In this document: one piece after another, positions 9,625 to 19,685 of the stretch | How positions within the stretch are numbered: position 1 is the stretch's first letter | Layout of the letters: each line of letters opens with the position of its first letter | DNA from: a bacterium | GTDB lineage: Bacteria; SZUA-182; DTGQ01; JBLIRR01 | DNA length: 64,000 nucleotides | Direction of reading: 5' to 3' | Assembly (NCBI GenBank): GCA_049472395.1 | Contig: JBLIRR010000001.1 | Span: 197,940 to 261,939, forward strand | Made by a program: the position numbers and the translations under genes | The notes under the pieces: generated by a model | Told to the model about the DNA's origin: nothing | Seen by the model: the letters and a program-made list of their open reading frames with translations, nothing else | The model's database searches: none

Positions 9625-10791
9625 TTAGTGAGAATCACAGCTTTCTTCATATGCCCATTCTAACCACGCAAGAGCAGCGAGCAAGTCTTCGCTGTCAACG
9701 GTCGGTCCGGCCCAAAACCGAAATCCCGGAGGAGCGTCCCTATAGGAATTTATATCATACGCAACCTGTTCCGCATCCAAAGTGCTGGCTATTTTTTTGC
9801 AAAAAGCGGTCTGGGCTCCGGTATCCATTGCGGTAAACCATGGTGCGACAATCTTAAGACATACAGAGGTATTGCTACGAATAGTTTTCTCCTCGGCTAA
9901 AAATTCGATCCAATCCCGGGATGCTACCCAGGATTCAATGGTAGCAAGATTTGTCATACTCTTTTTAATAAGTGCCTGCACACCTTGTGCACCATTAAAT
10001 TCAAAAGAAAGCCCCCACTCAAGCGCATCGATATATTCCTGGACACAAATCATTGAAGGTGTATTGATTGTCTCGCCTTCAAATATACCCTTATTAAGCG
10101 CGCCTTTTTTCTTTAATCGAAAAATTTTAGGCAACGGCCATGAAGGATCATAATTTTCTATTCTTTCAACTGCTCTGGGCGAAAGAATTAATATGCCAAA
10201 TCCTGCTTCACCTCCGAGAACCTTTTGCCATGAATAGGTTATGGCATCAAGTTTTTCCCACGCAATCTCCATCCCAAAAACCGCGCTCGTCGCATCACAC
10301 AGAACAAGACCTTGACGATTATCCGGAATGAATTCTCCACTCGGCACCTTAACCCCGCTTGTCGTCCCATTCCAGGTGAACACAATGTCATTACTCCAGT
10401 CAATAGAGGAAAAATCGGGTATGTGGCCATACTCAGACTTCAAAACAGTGGCATTAAGCTTTAATTCTTTATTTACATCCGTCGCCCATCCTGCTCCAAA
10501 ACTTTCCCATACAAGAACTATCACCGCCCTCTCACCGAGCAGACTCCACAGAGCACACTCAAAAGCACCGGTATCACTTGCCGGCATTATGCCTACCATA
10601 TAGTCATCAGGAATTTCAGCTAATTTTCTGCTTAAATCTATCGCCTTTTTTAAAGAGGCTTTCCCTTCTTTTGAGCGGTGCGATCTTCCAATTAAAGAAT
10701 CTGCCAGTATCGTACTATTCCAACCAGCCCTTTTAGCAGTCGGACCAGAGCTAAAAAAAGCTCTCACAGGTTTTATTGAAGGTTTCTTCAT
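9625..10791 (-). CDS. serC: phosphoserine aminotransferase, class-V aminotransferase of the actinobacterial SerC type
   Basis: Pattern FSSGPT, IPDDYMVGIMPASDTGAFE, FTWNGTTSGV, CDATSAVF and NTPSM matches the SerC-like fold. Confidence 0.6.
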   Translation of the reverse strand: MKKPSIKPVRAFFSSGPTAKRAGWNSTILADSLIGRSHRSKEGKASLKKAIDLSRKLAEIPDDYMVGIMPASDTGAFECALWSLLGERAVIVLVWESFGAGWATDVNKELKLNATVLKSEYGHIPDFSSIDWSNDIVFTWNGTTSGVKVPSGEFIPDNRQGLVLCDATSAVFGMEIAWEKLDAITYSWQKVLGGEAGFGILILSPRAVERIENYDPSWPLPKIFRLKKKGALNKGIFEGETINTPSMICVQEYIDALEWGLSFEFNGAQGVQALIKKSMTNLATIESWVASRDWIEFLAEEKTIRSNTSVCLKIVAPWFTAMDTGAQTAFCKKIASTLDAEQVAYDINSYRDAPPGFRFWAGPTVDSEDLLAALAWLEWAYEESCDSH

Positions 10792-10960
10792 TGTTTTTCT
10801 CCCTATAGCTCAAAGTGTCTAATTTTTAATAGATTTTATATAAATTTATTAGTAATGTCAATAAAAAAGAGACCTCTCAGCAATTCTAATTTTTTATACT
10901 ACTCATAGCCAATGTTATTATTTTCTGCTATAATGGAAAAAAATTAATCGAGGAAGTAAA

Positions 10961-12118
10961 ATGGGTAGAAAAAAGCCTGAATTTAAACAGATTCGCAAAC
11001 TAAAAGCAGAATATCGAAAAAATCCTGAATCAAAGCTGTTTTTTCCTTTAGCACGGTTGTATGAAAAGGTGGAGGAATTGGATACAGCAAAAAAAATATT
11101 GGAAGATGGTCTTAAAAAATACCCTCACTATTATGGTGCAAAGGCTTTTTTAGGTGAAATTCTTTATAAAAACAATGAATTTGAAGAAGCACAATCTCAT
11201 TTAGAGGCTGTTATAAAAAAAGTACCTGAAAATCTTTTGGCTCACAGAATACTGGCGAAGATTTACACACAGCAAGGAAGAAAAGATTTAGCTGATGAAC
11301 AATTGCGCGTTGCCACCCTCATAACTCCGGATCATCCGGAAACACCCTCCATTGATTACTTAGTGGAAAGGTTTACGCCTCTCACAAAAGAGGAGGCAGA
11401 AGAAAAAGAGTTAACACAAAAGAAAGAAAGAAAGAAGAAAAATAAAAAGAAATATATAGAAAAAAAAGAGAAAGAATCCAAGGAAGAGGAGACAAAGGCA
11501 GATTCAGGCACCGATGAAATACTTACCACAACGTTGGCTGAACTCTATTATTCTCAAGGATTGATAGATAAGGCTATTGATATTTATACAAAGCTTTCGG
11601 AAAAAGCGCCTCAAGATAAAGCTCTTAATCGAAGACTTAATGAATTAAAACATGAAGCAGGGACAGAAACGCCCCAAAGCCCCTCAGGCGAAGAAGAAGG
11701 CGTCACTGAAACATATGCTGAGCTTTATTATTCTCAAGGATTAATAGATAAGGCTATTGATGTGTATACAAAGCTTTTGAAAAAAGAGCCCGATAATGAG
11801 ACATGGCATACGAGACTGACTGAATTAAAACAAGTGCTCGAGCAAGAATCTTCTTTAGAGATAACAGAAAGCTCCTACATGGAAACGGAAGGTTCGCCGA
11901 ATGCACACGCAGATAACCAAAAAGAGAGTGAAAGCTCCCTAGTGGATGGAGAAATACCGATTGAACAAGAAGAGTTTTCCTTGGGGATTCCACATTGTGA
12001 AATACCACCGGATGAAGATGTAAAAAATACTATGAGTGATGAAAAAAAATTAATAGTTCTTCAATTCTGGATAGATACTATCCGTAGATTACGGGAGCGC
12101 AGGAGTGAACGCGGATGA
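10961..12118 (+). CDS. TPR-repeat protein with an internally duplicated about 25-aa segment
   Basis: TPR-like helices. AELYYSQGLIDKAIDIYTKL and its near-identical copy lie 60 aa apart (nt about 11537-11610 and 11717-11790). Confidence 0.65.
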   Translation: MGRKKPEFKQIRKLKAEYRKNPESKLFFPLARLYEKVEELDTAKKILEDGLKKYPHYYGAKAFLGEILYKNNEFEEAQSHLEAVIKKVPENLLAHRILAKIYTQQGRKDLADEQLRVATLITPDHPETPSIDYLVERFTPLTKEEAEEKELTQKKERKKKNKKKYIEKKEKESKEEETKADSGTDEILTTTLAELYYSQGLIDKAIDIYTKLSEKAPQDKALNRRLNELKHEAGTETPQSPSGEEEGVTETYAELYYSQGLIDKAIDVYTKLLKKEPDNETWHTRLTELKQVLEQESSLEITESSYMETEGSPNAHADNQKESESSLVDGEIPIEQEEFSLGIPHCEIPPDEDVKNTMSDEKKLIVLQFWIDTIRRLRERRSERG

Positions 12119-12564
12119 TTGAAATTCTTGTAATACATGGGCCAAATTTAAATTTGCTCGGAGAGAGAGAACCTGCAATATACGGCTCAACAACCTTAGA
12201 AGCGATCAATCAATCTCTTGAGAATGCAGGGCAGCAGATTGGTGCAAAGATTACTTTTTTTCAGTCAAACTCCGAATCTGCCATTATCGATAAAATTCAT
12301 GAGGCGAGACAATTAGATATTGAGGGAATTATTATTAACCCTGCGGCATTCACCCATACAAGCGTGGCTATTCGGGATGCTCTTTCAGCAGTAAATATAC
12401 CCACTATAGAAGTACACCTTTCAAATATCAGTGCACGGGAGGAATTTCGCCGCAAATCCTATATTACACCGGTCGCGTTGGGTCAAATCTGCGGATTCGG
12501 AGCGTATGGATATATCATGGCCTTAGATGCCATGATTAATTTTTTAAGGAAAAAAGATAATTAG
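12115..12564 (+). CDS. aroQ: type II 3-dehydroquinate dehydratase
   Basis: ILVIHGPNLNLLGEREPAIYG and INPAAFTHTSVAIRDAL motifs. Confidence 0.85.
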   Translation: MIEILVIHGPNLNLLGEREPAIYGSTTLEAINQSLENAGQQIGAKITFFQSNSESAIIDKIHEARQLDIEGIIINPAAFTHTSVAIRDALSAVNIPTIEVHLSNISAREEFRRKSYITPVALGQICGFGAYGYIMALDAMINFLRKKDN

Positions 12565-12566
12565 AC

Positions 12567-13661
12567 ATGTATGATAAAAATAGCCGCATAAAAGAACTTC
12601 AATGTATGTGTAGTAATAAAGGATTAGATGCCTTACTCATTACTGATTCTCTCCATAATAGATATCTTGCGAAAGAGAACGATTCTATAGAAGGTGTCTA
12701 TATAGTGTATCAGGATAAGGCTGTTTTCTTCACGGATTTTCGCTATTTTGCCGATATAAAAAATAAAAATCCGCAGATCGAGATAATTGAGTATACACAA
12801 AAATATATAGAAATCGCTCAATGGCTGAAAAACAGGGGAATAAAAAGAATTGGATTTGAATCATCGAGGACATCATACAGTGATTTTGAAAACTGGTCAC
12901 AACATTTTCCTCACGCGATGCTAGTTCCCTGTAAAAGATTGGTTGAGGAATTAAGAATGATAAAAGATGAAAATGAGATTGCATCTGTAAAAAGCAGTAT
13001 AAAACTCTTAGGGAATATCCTAGAGGATGTTCCCCGTCTTATTACACAAAATCCCCATATCACAGAGAAAGAGATAGCCTTAGAGATAGATCTTACAATG
13101 AGAAGGTTTGGCGCTGATAAAACCGCGTTTACGACGATCGTTGCGTCAGGAAAACGATCTGCCTATCCCCATGCCGCCCCTTCATCTTGCCCGATACAGG
13201 ATGGTGAGATTCTCCTTGTCGATGCAGGCGCGGTCATGAATGGATATAATTCAGATCAGACACGAACATTAGTAGTGGGTGAAAGGAGAAAGAATAGAGT
13301 ATTTGATGAAATATTTAACATCGTGAGAGAGGCTCAAGAGGCAGCTTTTTCGGCTATTGCACCGGGGGTAAGCTCCAAAGAAGTTGATTATAAAGCCCGT
13401 CAGGTTATTGAAAAGGCAGGATACGGAGACTACTTTGGTCATGGAACCGGTCATGGTGTAGGTCTGGAAGTGCATGAAGCTCCGAGCATATCTGGCCGGA
13501 CAGAACCTACGACGCTTGCCGCAGGCATGATTTTTACAGTGGAGCCAGCCATATATATCCCTGAAAAATTTGGCATAAGATGGGAGGATATGGTGTTGGT
13601 TACTGACACTGGGTATGAATTATTAACCGAAATTTCCTGGAATAATATATGGGTGGGGTAA
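12567..13661 (+). CDS. Xaa-Pro aminopeptidase / M24 family peptidase
   Basis: HGTGHGVGLEVHEAP and the DAGA...Y metal-ligand pattern of the M24B family. Confidence 0.8.
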   Translation: MYDKNSRIKELQCMCSNKGLDALLITDSLHNRYLAKENDSIEGVYIVYQDKAVFFTDFRYFADIKNKNPQIEIIEYTQKYIEIAQWLKNRGIKRIGFESSRTSYSDFENWSQHFPHAMLVPCKRLVEELRMIKDENEIASVKSSIKLLGNILEDVPRLITQNPHITEKEIALEIDLTMRRFGADKTAFTTIVASGKRSAYPHAAPSSCPIQDGEILLVDAGAVMNGYNSDQTRTLVVGERRKNRVFDEIFNIVREAQEAAFSAIAPGVSSKEVDYKARQVIEKAGYGDYFGHGTGHGVGLEVHEAPSISGRTEPTTLAAGMIFTVEPAIYIPEKFGIRWEDMVLVTDTGYELLTEISWNNIWVG

Positions 13662-13665
13662 ATTT

Positions 13666-14094
13666 ATGGAAATAGAAAGAATAAAAGAAATTTTTGACTT
13701 AGTAGAGAATAGCAATTTTGAAGAAGTTGAATTGGAAGAGGCGGAGTTTAAGATTAGAGTGAAAAAAAAGAGCGCTCAGCACGCACACTATACTGAACCT
13801 GTTATGAAAGCAATAGATCAAAGAGATAATGATGAGATCGCATATGATGAGAACAGTATTGTGGTAAAATCTCCTCTTGTGGGGACTTTCTATCGTGCCC
13901 CCTCGCCTGACAGTGAACCATTTGTCAAACCGGGTGATTATATAAAAAGCGGGCAAGTCCTTTGTATTGTCGAAGCAATGAAATTAATGAATGAAATTGA
14001 AAGTGAAACTGATGGCTTTATAAGGTCAATCCTTCTTGATAATGCTCAACCGGTTGAGTATGGAGAACCTCTTTTTGTAATAGAGAAAAATTAG
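13666..14094 (+). CDS. accB: acetyl-CoA carboxylase biotin carboxyl carrier protein
   Basis: Biotinyl motif CIVEAMKLMNEIE at the C-terminus. accC follows immediately. Confidence 0.8.
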   Translation: MEIERIKEIFDLVENSNFEEVELEEAEFKIRVKKKSAQHAHYTEPVMKAIDQRDNDEIAYDENSIVVKSPLVGTFYRAPSPDSEPFVKPGDYIKSGQVLCIVEAMKLMNEIESETDGFIRSILLDNAQPVEYGEPLFVIEKN

Positions 14095-14095
14095 C

Positions 14096-15433
14096 GTGTT
14101 TCATAAAATATTAATTGCGAACAGGGGAGAGATTGCCCTTCGTATTATAAGGGCATGTAAGGAGTTATCTATAAAGACAGTAGCTGTCTATTCAGAGGCT
14201 GATGCCAATACGCTTCCTGTTCGTATTGCTGATGAAGCAATTTGTATCGGACCCAAGGAAGCAACAAAAAGTTATTTAAACATCCCTGCAATAATAAGTG
14301 CTGCGGAAATAAGTGACGCCGAAGCTATCCACCCTGGATATGGTTTTCTCGCCGAAAATGCTCGTTTTGCTGAGATATGTGAAGACTGTCATATAAAATT
14401 TATTGGGCCTTCGCCGGAGATTATTCATAATATGGGCAATAAAGTAATGGCGAGGCAGTTAATGAAAAACGCGGGGGTTCCTCTGGTTCCTGGGATTGAA
14501 CACAGAGTGATAGATGAAAATGAAGCCCTTGATATTGCTCAGCAGATTGGATTTCCAGTAATAATCAAAGCAGCAGGAGGGGGCGGTGGCAAGGGGATGA
14601 GAATAGTGCATGATGGTGATAATTTTAAAAATTCTTATTTAAGTGCCCAAGCTGAGGCTATGAGTTCATTTGATAATCCTAATGTGTATATAGAAAAATA
14701 TATTGAAAACCCAAAACATATTGAATTTCAAATCTTGGGTGATAAATATGGCTCTATAATTCATTTAGGAGAAAGGGATTGTTCTATTCAGAGACGTTAT
14801 CAAAAATTAATTGAGGAGGCCCCATGTGAAACTCTTGACCCCACGCTTCGCGCTAAAATGGGGGAAACAGCCCTGCATGCGGCATCTCAAGTCAATTATT
14901 ATAGTGCAGGAACCATTGAATTTTTAGTAGATAAGAATAACAACTTTTACTTTCTGGAGATGAATACGAGAATTCAAGTTGAGCATCCTATTACAGAAAT
15001 GGTCACAGGCATAGATCTTGTGAAAGAGCAGATCCTGATAGCGAATGATGAAAAGCTCCGATATAAACAAGAAGAGATAACAGTGAAAGGTCATGCTATT
15101 GAATGCCGGATTAATGCTGAAAATCCGAATACATTTTTCCCATGCCCTGGAAAGATATCTTCTTTGCATATTCCGAATGGGCCAGGGATGAGGGTAGATA
15201 CGGGAATATATTCAAATAGCACAATTACACCTTACTATGACTCGTTAATTGCTAAATTCATCGCTTACGGAGCCAATAGGGAAGAGGCGATTTTAAAAAT
15301 GAAAACTATGCTTGAAGAATTTATTTGCGAAGGTATTGATACTACTATACCTTTTCATTTATCCGTATTAAACCACCATCTCTTTTGGGAAGGGAAAATT
15401 GATACAAACTTTTTAACTAATATTAGAGAATAA
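14096..15433 (+). CDS. accC: acetyl-CoA carboxylase biotin carboxylase subunit
   Basis: ATP-grasp motifs (GGGGKGMRIV, EMNTRIQVEHPITE) and the 445-aa length typical of AccC. Confidence 0.9.
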   Translation: MFHKILIANRGEIALRIIRACKELSIKTVAVYSEADANTLPVRIADEAICIGPKEATKSYLNIPAIISAAEISDAEAIHPGYGFLAENARFAEICEDCHIKFIGPSPEIIHNMGNKVMARQLMKNAGVPLVPGIEHRVIDENEALDIAQQIGFPVIIKAAGGGGGKGMRIVHDGDNFKNSYLSAQAEAMSSFDNPNVYIEKYIENPKHIEFQILGDKYGSIIHLGERDCSIQRRYQKLIEEAPCETLDPTLRAKMGETALHAASQVNYYSAGTIEFLVDKNNNFYFLEMNTRIQVEHPITEMVTGIDLVKEQILIANDEKLRYKQEEITVKGHAIECRINAENPNTFFPCPGKISSLHIPNGPGMRVDTGIYSNSTITPYYDSLIAKFIAYGANREEAILKMKTMLEEFICEGIDTTIPFHLSVLNHHLFWEGKIDTNFLTNIRE

Positions 15434-15456
15434 GTTATTCAGAAGGAGAATTGGAA

Positions 15457-15828
15457 ATGGCTATATCAAAAGAGGACTTGGAAGAAATCAAAAAGGAGCT
15501 CTTAGCTCAGAAATTGGAGATCTTAAGGGAAGGGGGAAAAACTATAGAAGATGGCGGATTAACTCAAGCAGTCGACGATCTTTCTGATTTTGCTGACCTT
15601 TCTTCCTCAGAGTCAGACCGCGACTTTTTACTGCGACTTCGAGACAGAGACCGCAAGCTCTTAAATAAGATCGACTTAGCTCTAGAAAATATTGAAAAAA
15701 ATACATTCGGAATTTGCGGACAATGTGGCAATGAGATTAATATTAAAAGACTTAAAGCACGGCCTGTGGTGACACTCTGTATTAACTGTAAAAATGAACA
15801 AGAAAAAGAAGAAAAAAAATTTAGCTAA
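15457..15828 (+). CDS. DksA/TraR-family C4 zinc-finger transcription factor
   Basis: CGQCGNEI...LCINC zinc finger at the C-terminus with a coiled-coil N-terminus. The ATG at 15457 is 8 nt from AGGAG; the track ORF begins at a TTG at 15451. Confidence 0.65.
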   Translation: MAISKEDLEEIKKELLAQKLEILREGGKTIEDGGLTQAVDDLSDFADLSSSESDRDFLLRLRDRDRKLLNKIDLALENIEKNTFGICGQCGNEINIKRLKARPVVTLCINCKNEQEKEEKKFS

Positions 15829-17144
15829 TGAAAGTAGGAATAATAAGCCTTGGATGTATAAAAAATCTGGTAGATACGGAGGTTATGGCCGGTGTTCTTC
15901 AAAGACAGGGAGATGAGCTGGTTCAAAACGTTGAGGATGCTGAAGCCATAATTATTAATACGTGTTCCTTTATAGAACCGGCCAAACGAGAATCAATAGA
16001 GACAATTTTAGACAGTGCACGCTTTAAACATAAAGGCAATTGCAAATGGCTTATTATTACCGGTTGCTTGGTTCAAAACTACGGAAAACAATTACTCGAT
16101 TTATTACCAGAATCAGATATTATAGTTGGGACGGGAGAATTTTATAAAATAGACACAATCCTCAATGAAATCAAGGATTCCTCTGGGCACAAAAGAGTGT
16201 ATTACATTGATGAGCCTCTCTTTCTTTATGATCATACTATACCCAGAAAAAGGTTATCCTTGCCCCATCTGGCTTATGTAAAAATATCCGAGGGATGCGA
16301 TCATAAATGTTCTTTTTGTCTTATCCCTCGTTTAAGGGGCCACTATAGAAACAGAGAGAGGGAATCAATACTCTGTGAATGCAGAAATCTCGCAGCAGAA
16401 GGGATTAAAGAGATATGTCTTATCGCCCAGGATACGACAGCCTATCCAAAGCTGCCCTCTTTAGTCGAGCAGATAGCTGAGCAGATATACCCTGTATGGC
16501 TCCGTATATTGTATACATATCCTGTCGGTATAACTGCAGAATTGCTTAATGTGATGAGTGCTCACGACAACATATGTAATTACATTGATATTCCTATTCA
16601 ACATATTAACGATAAAATTCTTAAGGCCATGAATCGTTCAGGCAGCAAAACGCAGATAAAAAATACTATTTCCTTAATACAGAGAACACTGCCAGGGGCA
16701 AGTCTTAGGACTACCCTGATGGTTGGTTTTCCTGGTGAGGGGGATGCTGAATTTGAGGAGCTTATTCATTTCGTTCGGGAAGGATACTTTGATCATCTCG
16801 GTACTTTCACCTATTCAAGGGAAGAGAATACGAGTGCATATTATTTAGAAAAACAGGTTCCTCTTTCAAAAAAAAAAGAACGGTACGATATTCTCATGCA
16901 AATCCAAGCTGAGATATCAAACCGGAAAACCTCTCAATTTGTCGGCACTATCCAAGAAGTAATCATTGATTGCCCGCACCCGGAGAGAGAGGGCTTCTTA
17001 TTAGGCAGGACAAAAACACAGGCCCCGGATATTGATGGCTGTGTGTTAATTAAAACAGGGCCATCCGATTTTCATTATGGAGATATTGCGCCAATGCAGA
17101 TATATGATTCAGATACGTATGATCTTTTTGCTCAACCTGTGTGA
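15828..17144 (+). CDS. rimO: ribosomal protein S12 methylthiotransferase RimO (radical SAM, MTTase family)
   Basis: N-terminal MTTase domain, CDHKCSFC radical-SAM motif and a C-terminal TRAM domain. Confidence 0.8.
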   Translation: MKVGIISLGCIKNLVDTEVMAGVLQRQGDELVQNVEDAEAIIINTCSFIEPAKRESIETILDSARFKHKGNCKWLIITGCLVQNYGKQLLDLLPESDIIVGTGEFYKIDTILNEIKDSSGHKRVYYIDEPLFLYDHTIPRKRLSLPHLAYVKISEGCDHKCSFCLIPRLRGHYRNRERESILCECRNLAAEGIKEICLIAQDTTAYPKLPSLVEQIAEQIYPVWLRILYTYPVGITAELLNVMSAHDNICNYIDIPIQHINDKILKAMNRSGSKTQIKNTISLIQRTLPGASLRTTLMVGFPGEGDAEFEELIHFVREGYFDHLGTFTYSREENTSAYYLEKQVPLSKKKERYDILMQIQAEISNRKTSQFVGTIQEVIIDCPHPEREGFLLGRTKTQAPDIDGCVLIKTGPSDFHYGDIAPMQIYDSDTYDLFAQPV

Positions 17145-17211
17145 TGGTTAATATAAAAAACCCATATATAATACAGCAAATTTTATAGTCGGTAACATAA
17201 AAAGGAGTTAA

Positions 17212-17493
17212 ATGACTATGCGCTTAAGTCGTGGAAAAGTTAATCATATCTCTCATCTTCTTATAAAAGGCATGGAAGAGGACTCCAATATAACATGTGT
17301 TCAGGAGCCAAATATAATTAGACTTAATATTGTCGGCATAATAAATGATGAAATGAAAATAGATGATGAAGTGGACACCATAGTGAGACAAAAATTGGAG
17401 AGTTATTCCAAAAAGCTTTTTGAGGGCAGTACTGAGTGGGACATCATGTATCAAAAATTATATGAAGAAGAAATGACGAAGAAAGGACGGTAA
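17212..17493 (+). CDS. small charged hypothetical protein
   Basis: 93-aa ORF with a Shine-Dalgarno AAAGGAG 8 nt upstream. No recognisable motifs. Confidence 0.4.
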   Translation: MTMRLSRGKVNHISHLLIKGMEEDSNITCVQEPNIIRLNIVGIINDEMKIDDEVDTIVRQKLESYSKKLFEGSTEWDIMYQKLYEEEMTKKGR

Positions 17494-17514
17494 AGCGTTA
17501 CACAAGGTTATTCT

Positions 17515-18372
17515 ATGCCTCCAAAAAAAAAAATAGCAACTCACAAGGTTCAACATATCAAGGGATTATTATCACAAAATCATATTTCCACTCTCTGTGA
17601 GATAATTAAATGCCCGAATATAGGGGAGTGTTTTACAAAACCAACACTCACCATTATACTATTAGGCGATAAATGTAGCCGAAATTGTCTATTTTGCAGT
17701 TTGAAGAAAGGCACTCCTGACAATCATTATTTCGGTGAACCCCGACGGATTGCGGAAACCCTCAAAAAAATTGGCATAGTTCATACAGTCTTGAATTCAG
17801 CATGCAGAGATGACCTGGCAGATAGCGGTGCATATCACTTTGCTTCCTGTATGCATGAGATAAAAAGTCTTGGCTTGCCCACATCCATAGAAGTGCTTAT
17901 CCCCGACCTTAAGGGAAATACAAAAGCCTTAAAAACAATCATAAGCATGAATCCTGATATTATAAATCATAATATTAAAACTATCCCACGGCTTTACCCC
18001 TCCATCCGCAGCAAAGCGGATTATCATCGATCATTGAAACTATTAAGAGCGATTAAGCGTATTAATCCCGACATTATCAGTAAATCAGGTCTTATGGTCG
18101 GATTAGGAGAAACCAAAGAGGAAGTAACCGAGACTATCCAACAGTTAAGAGAGGCAAAGTGTGATATTCTCAATATTGATCATTATATCCAAACAGGCCG
18201 TAACAGAATAGCGGTCAAGGAATTCGTGACGCCGGAAGTATTTATAGAATATAAAGAATTTGCACAGAAGTTAGGCTTTATGCACGTTGAGTCGGCACCA
18301 TTTGCTCGAAGTTGCTATCATAGCGGAGATCCTGATTGTCTACAAACACATAAAAGGAATATAAGACCATGA
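17515..18372 (+). CDS. lipA: lipoyl synthase
   Basis: CPNIGEC...CSRNCLFC motifs characteristic of LipA (auxiliary and radical-SAM clusters). Confidence 0.8.
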   Translation: MPPKKKIATHKVQHIKGLLSQNHISTLCEIIKCPNIGECFTKPTLTIILLGDKCSRNCLFCSLKKGTPDNHYFGEPRRIAETLKKIGIVHTVLNSACRDDLADSGAYHFASCMHEIKSLGLPTSIEVLIPDLKGNTKALKTIISMNPDIINHNIKTIPRLYPSIRSKADYHRSLKLLRAIKRINPDIISKSGLMVGLGETKEEVTETIQQLREAKCDILNIDHYIQTGRNRIAVKEFVTPEVFIEYKEFAQKLGFMHVESAPFARSCYHSGDPDCLQTHKRNIRP

Positions 18373-19685
18373 ATAGTACACATTCATCTCATCACATTAA
18401 ATTAGGGCTCATTGGTTTTGGGACTATTGGCACGGGTGTTGTTAAATTACTCTCTCAAACCAGTGATAAACTTAAAAGCCATGGCATAATATTAGAGCTT
18501 ATAAAAATAGCAGATCTCGATATTTCGACTCCGCGGGATTGTGATATTCCCCACGGCTTGTTAACCCAAAATGCACACGAAATTCTGGATGATCCTGAGA
18601 TCCAGATAGTAATAGAGCTTATTGGGGGAATTGAACCGGCGCAATCCTTTATTTTAAAGGCCATACATAACGGAAAGAATGTAGTGACTGCAAATAAAGC
18701 TCTTATTGCTCATGCCTTCAATGAAATTTTTTCCTCAGCTCAGAACAATAATGTTGATGTGGGATTTGAGGCGAGCGTTGGGGGTGGCATCCCAATTATA
18801 AGGGTTATTACAGAAGGATTAGTTGCCAATCAAATCCATTCTATCTATGCCATTATAAATGGCACTGCAAACTATATTCTGACCAAAATGCACGAAGAGA
18901 ACAAAACCTTCCCTGACACGCTTGCTGAAGCCCAGAAGCTCGGTTATGCTGAGGCGGACCCCTCCTATGATATTTCGGGCTTGGATTCAGCACATAAACT
19001 TTCAATACTCTCCTCACTCGCTTTCGGAATGAGGGTTAATCTTGATGATATTTATACTGAAGGAATTGATCAGATCACCCCCCTTGATCTTGTTTTTGCG
19101 GCTGAATTAGGATATAAAATAAAGTTGCTGGCAATAGCCACACAAGTTGGGAATGAGCTTGAGGTCAGGGTGCAACCAACCATGATTGATTGCACCAGCT
19201 TACTGGCCCAAGTGGATGGTGTGTATAATGCGATTTATTTATTGGGGAATGCAGGGCCTACTTTGTATTATGGCCAGGGAGCAGGACAGATTCCCACAGC
19301 GAGTGCTGTATTAAGCGATATAGTCGATATTGCGAGAAATATTTGCACACAAGGTGGAAAGCACCTTCGGCCATACCTCTATCCCCTCCCAAATTTACGG
19401 GGACTTGTATTGAAAGATATTTCCAATATCAGGTCTGCGTACTACCTCCGCTTTACCGCAATAGACAAACCAGGTGTATTGTCTTCAATAAGCGGAATCT
19501 TAGGGAAAAATAATATCAGTATTTCCTCTGTGATTCAAAAGGGGAGGGAAGAGAAAAAAGCAGTGCCAATTATTATGATGACGCACGAGGTCAGAGAAAT
19601 TGATCTTAAGAAAGCGCTGGATGAGATTGATAAACTTGCCTTTGTAATGGATAAAACCCTCTCTGTGAGGGTTGAAAATTTCTAA
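18369..19685 (+). CDS. hom: homoserine dehydrogenase
   Basis: N-terminal NAD-binding domain GLIGFGTIGTGV, catalytic domain and a C-terminal ACT domain. Confidence 0.85.
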   Translation: MNSTHSSHHIKLGLIGFGTIGTGVVKLLSQTSDKLKSHGIILELIKIADLDISTPRDCDIPHGLLTQNAHEILDDPEIQIVIELIGGIEPAQSFILKAIHNGKNVVTANKALIAHAFNEIFSSAQNNNVDVGFEASVGGGIPIIRVITEGLVANQIHSIYAIINGTANYILTKMHEENKTFPDTLAEAQKLGYAEADPSYDISGLDSAHKLSILSSLAFGMRVNLDDIYTEGIDQITPLDLVFAAELGYKIKLLAIATQVGNELEVRVQPTMIDCTSLLAQVDGVYNAIYLLGNAGPTLYYGQGAGQIPTASAVLSDIVDIARNICTQGGKHLRPYLYPLPNLRGLVLKDISNIRSAYYLRFTAIDKPGVLSSISGILGKNNISISSVIQKGREEKKAVPIIMMTHEVREIDLKKALDEIDKLAFVMDKTLSVRVENF

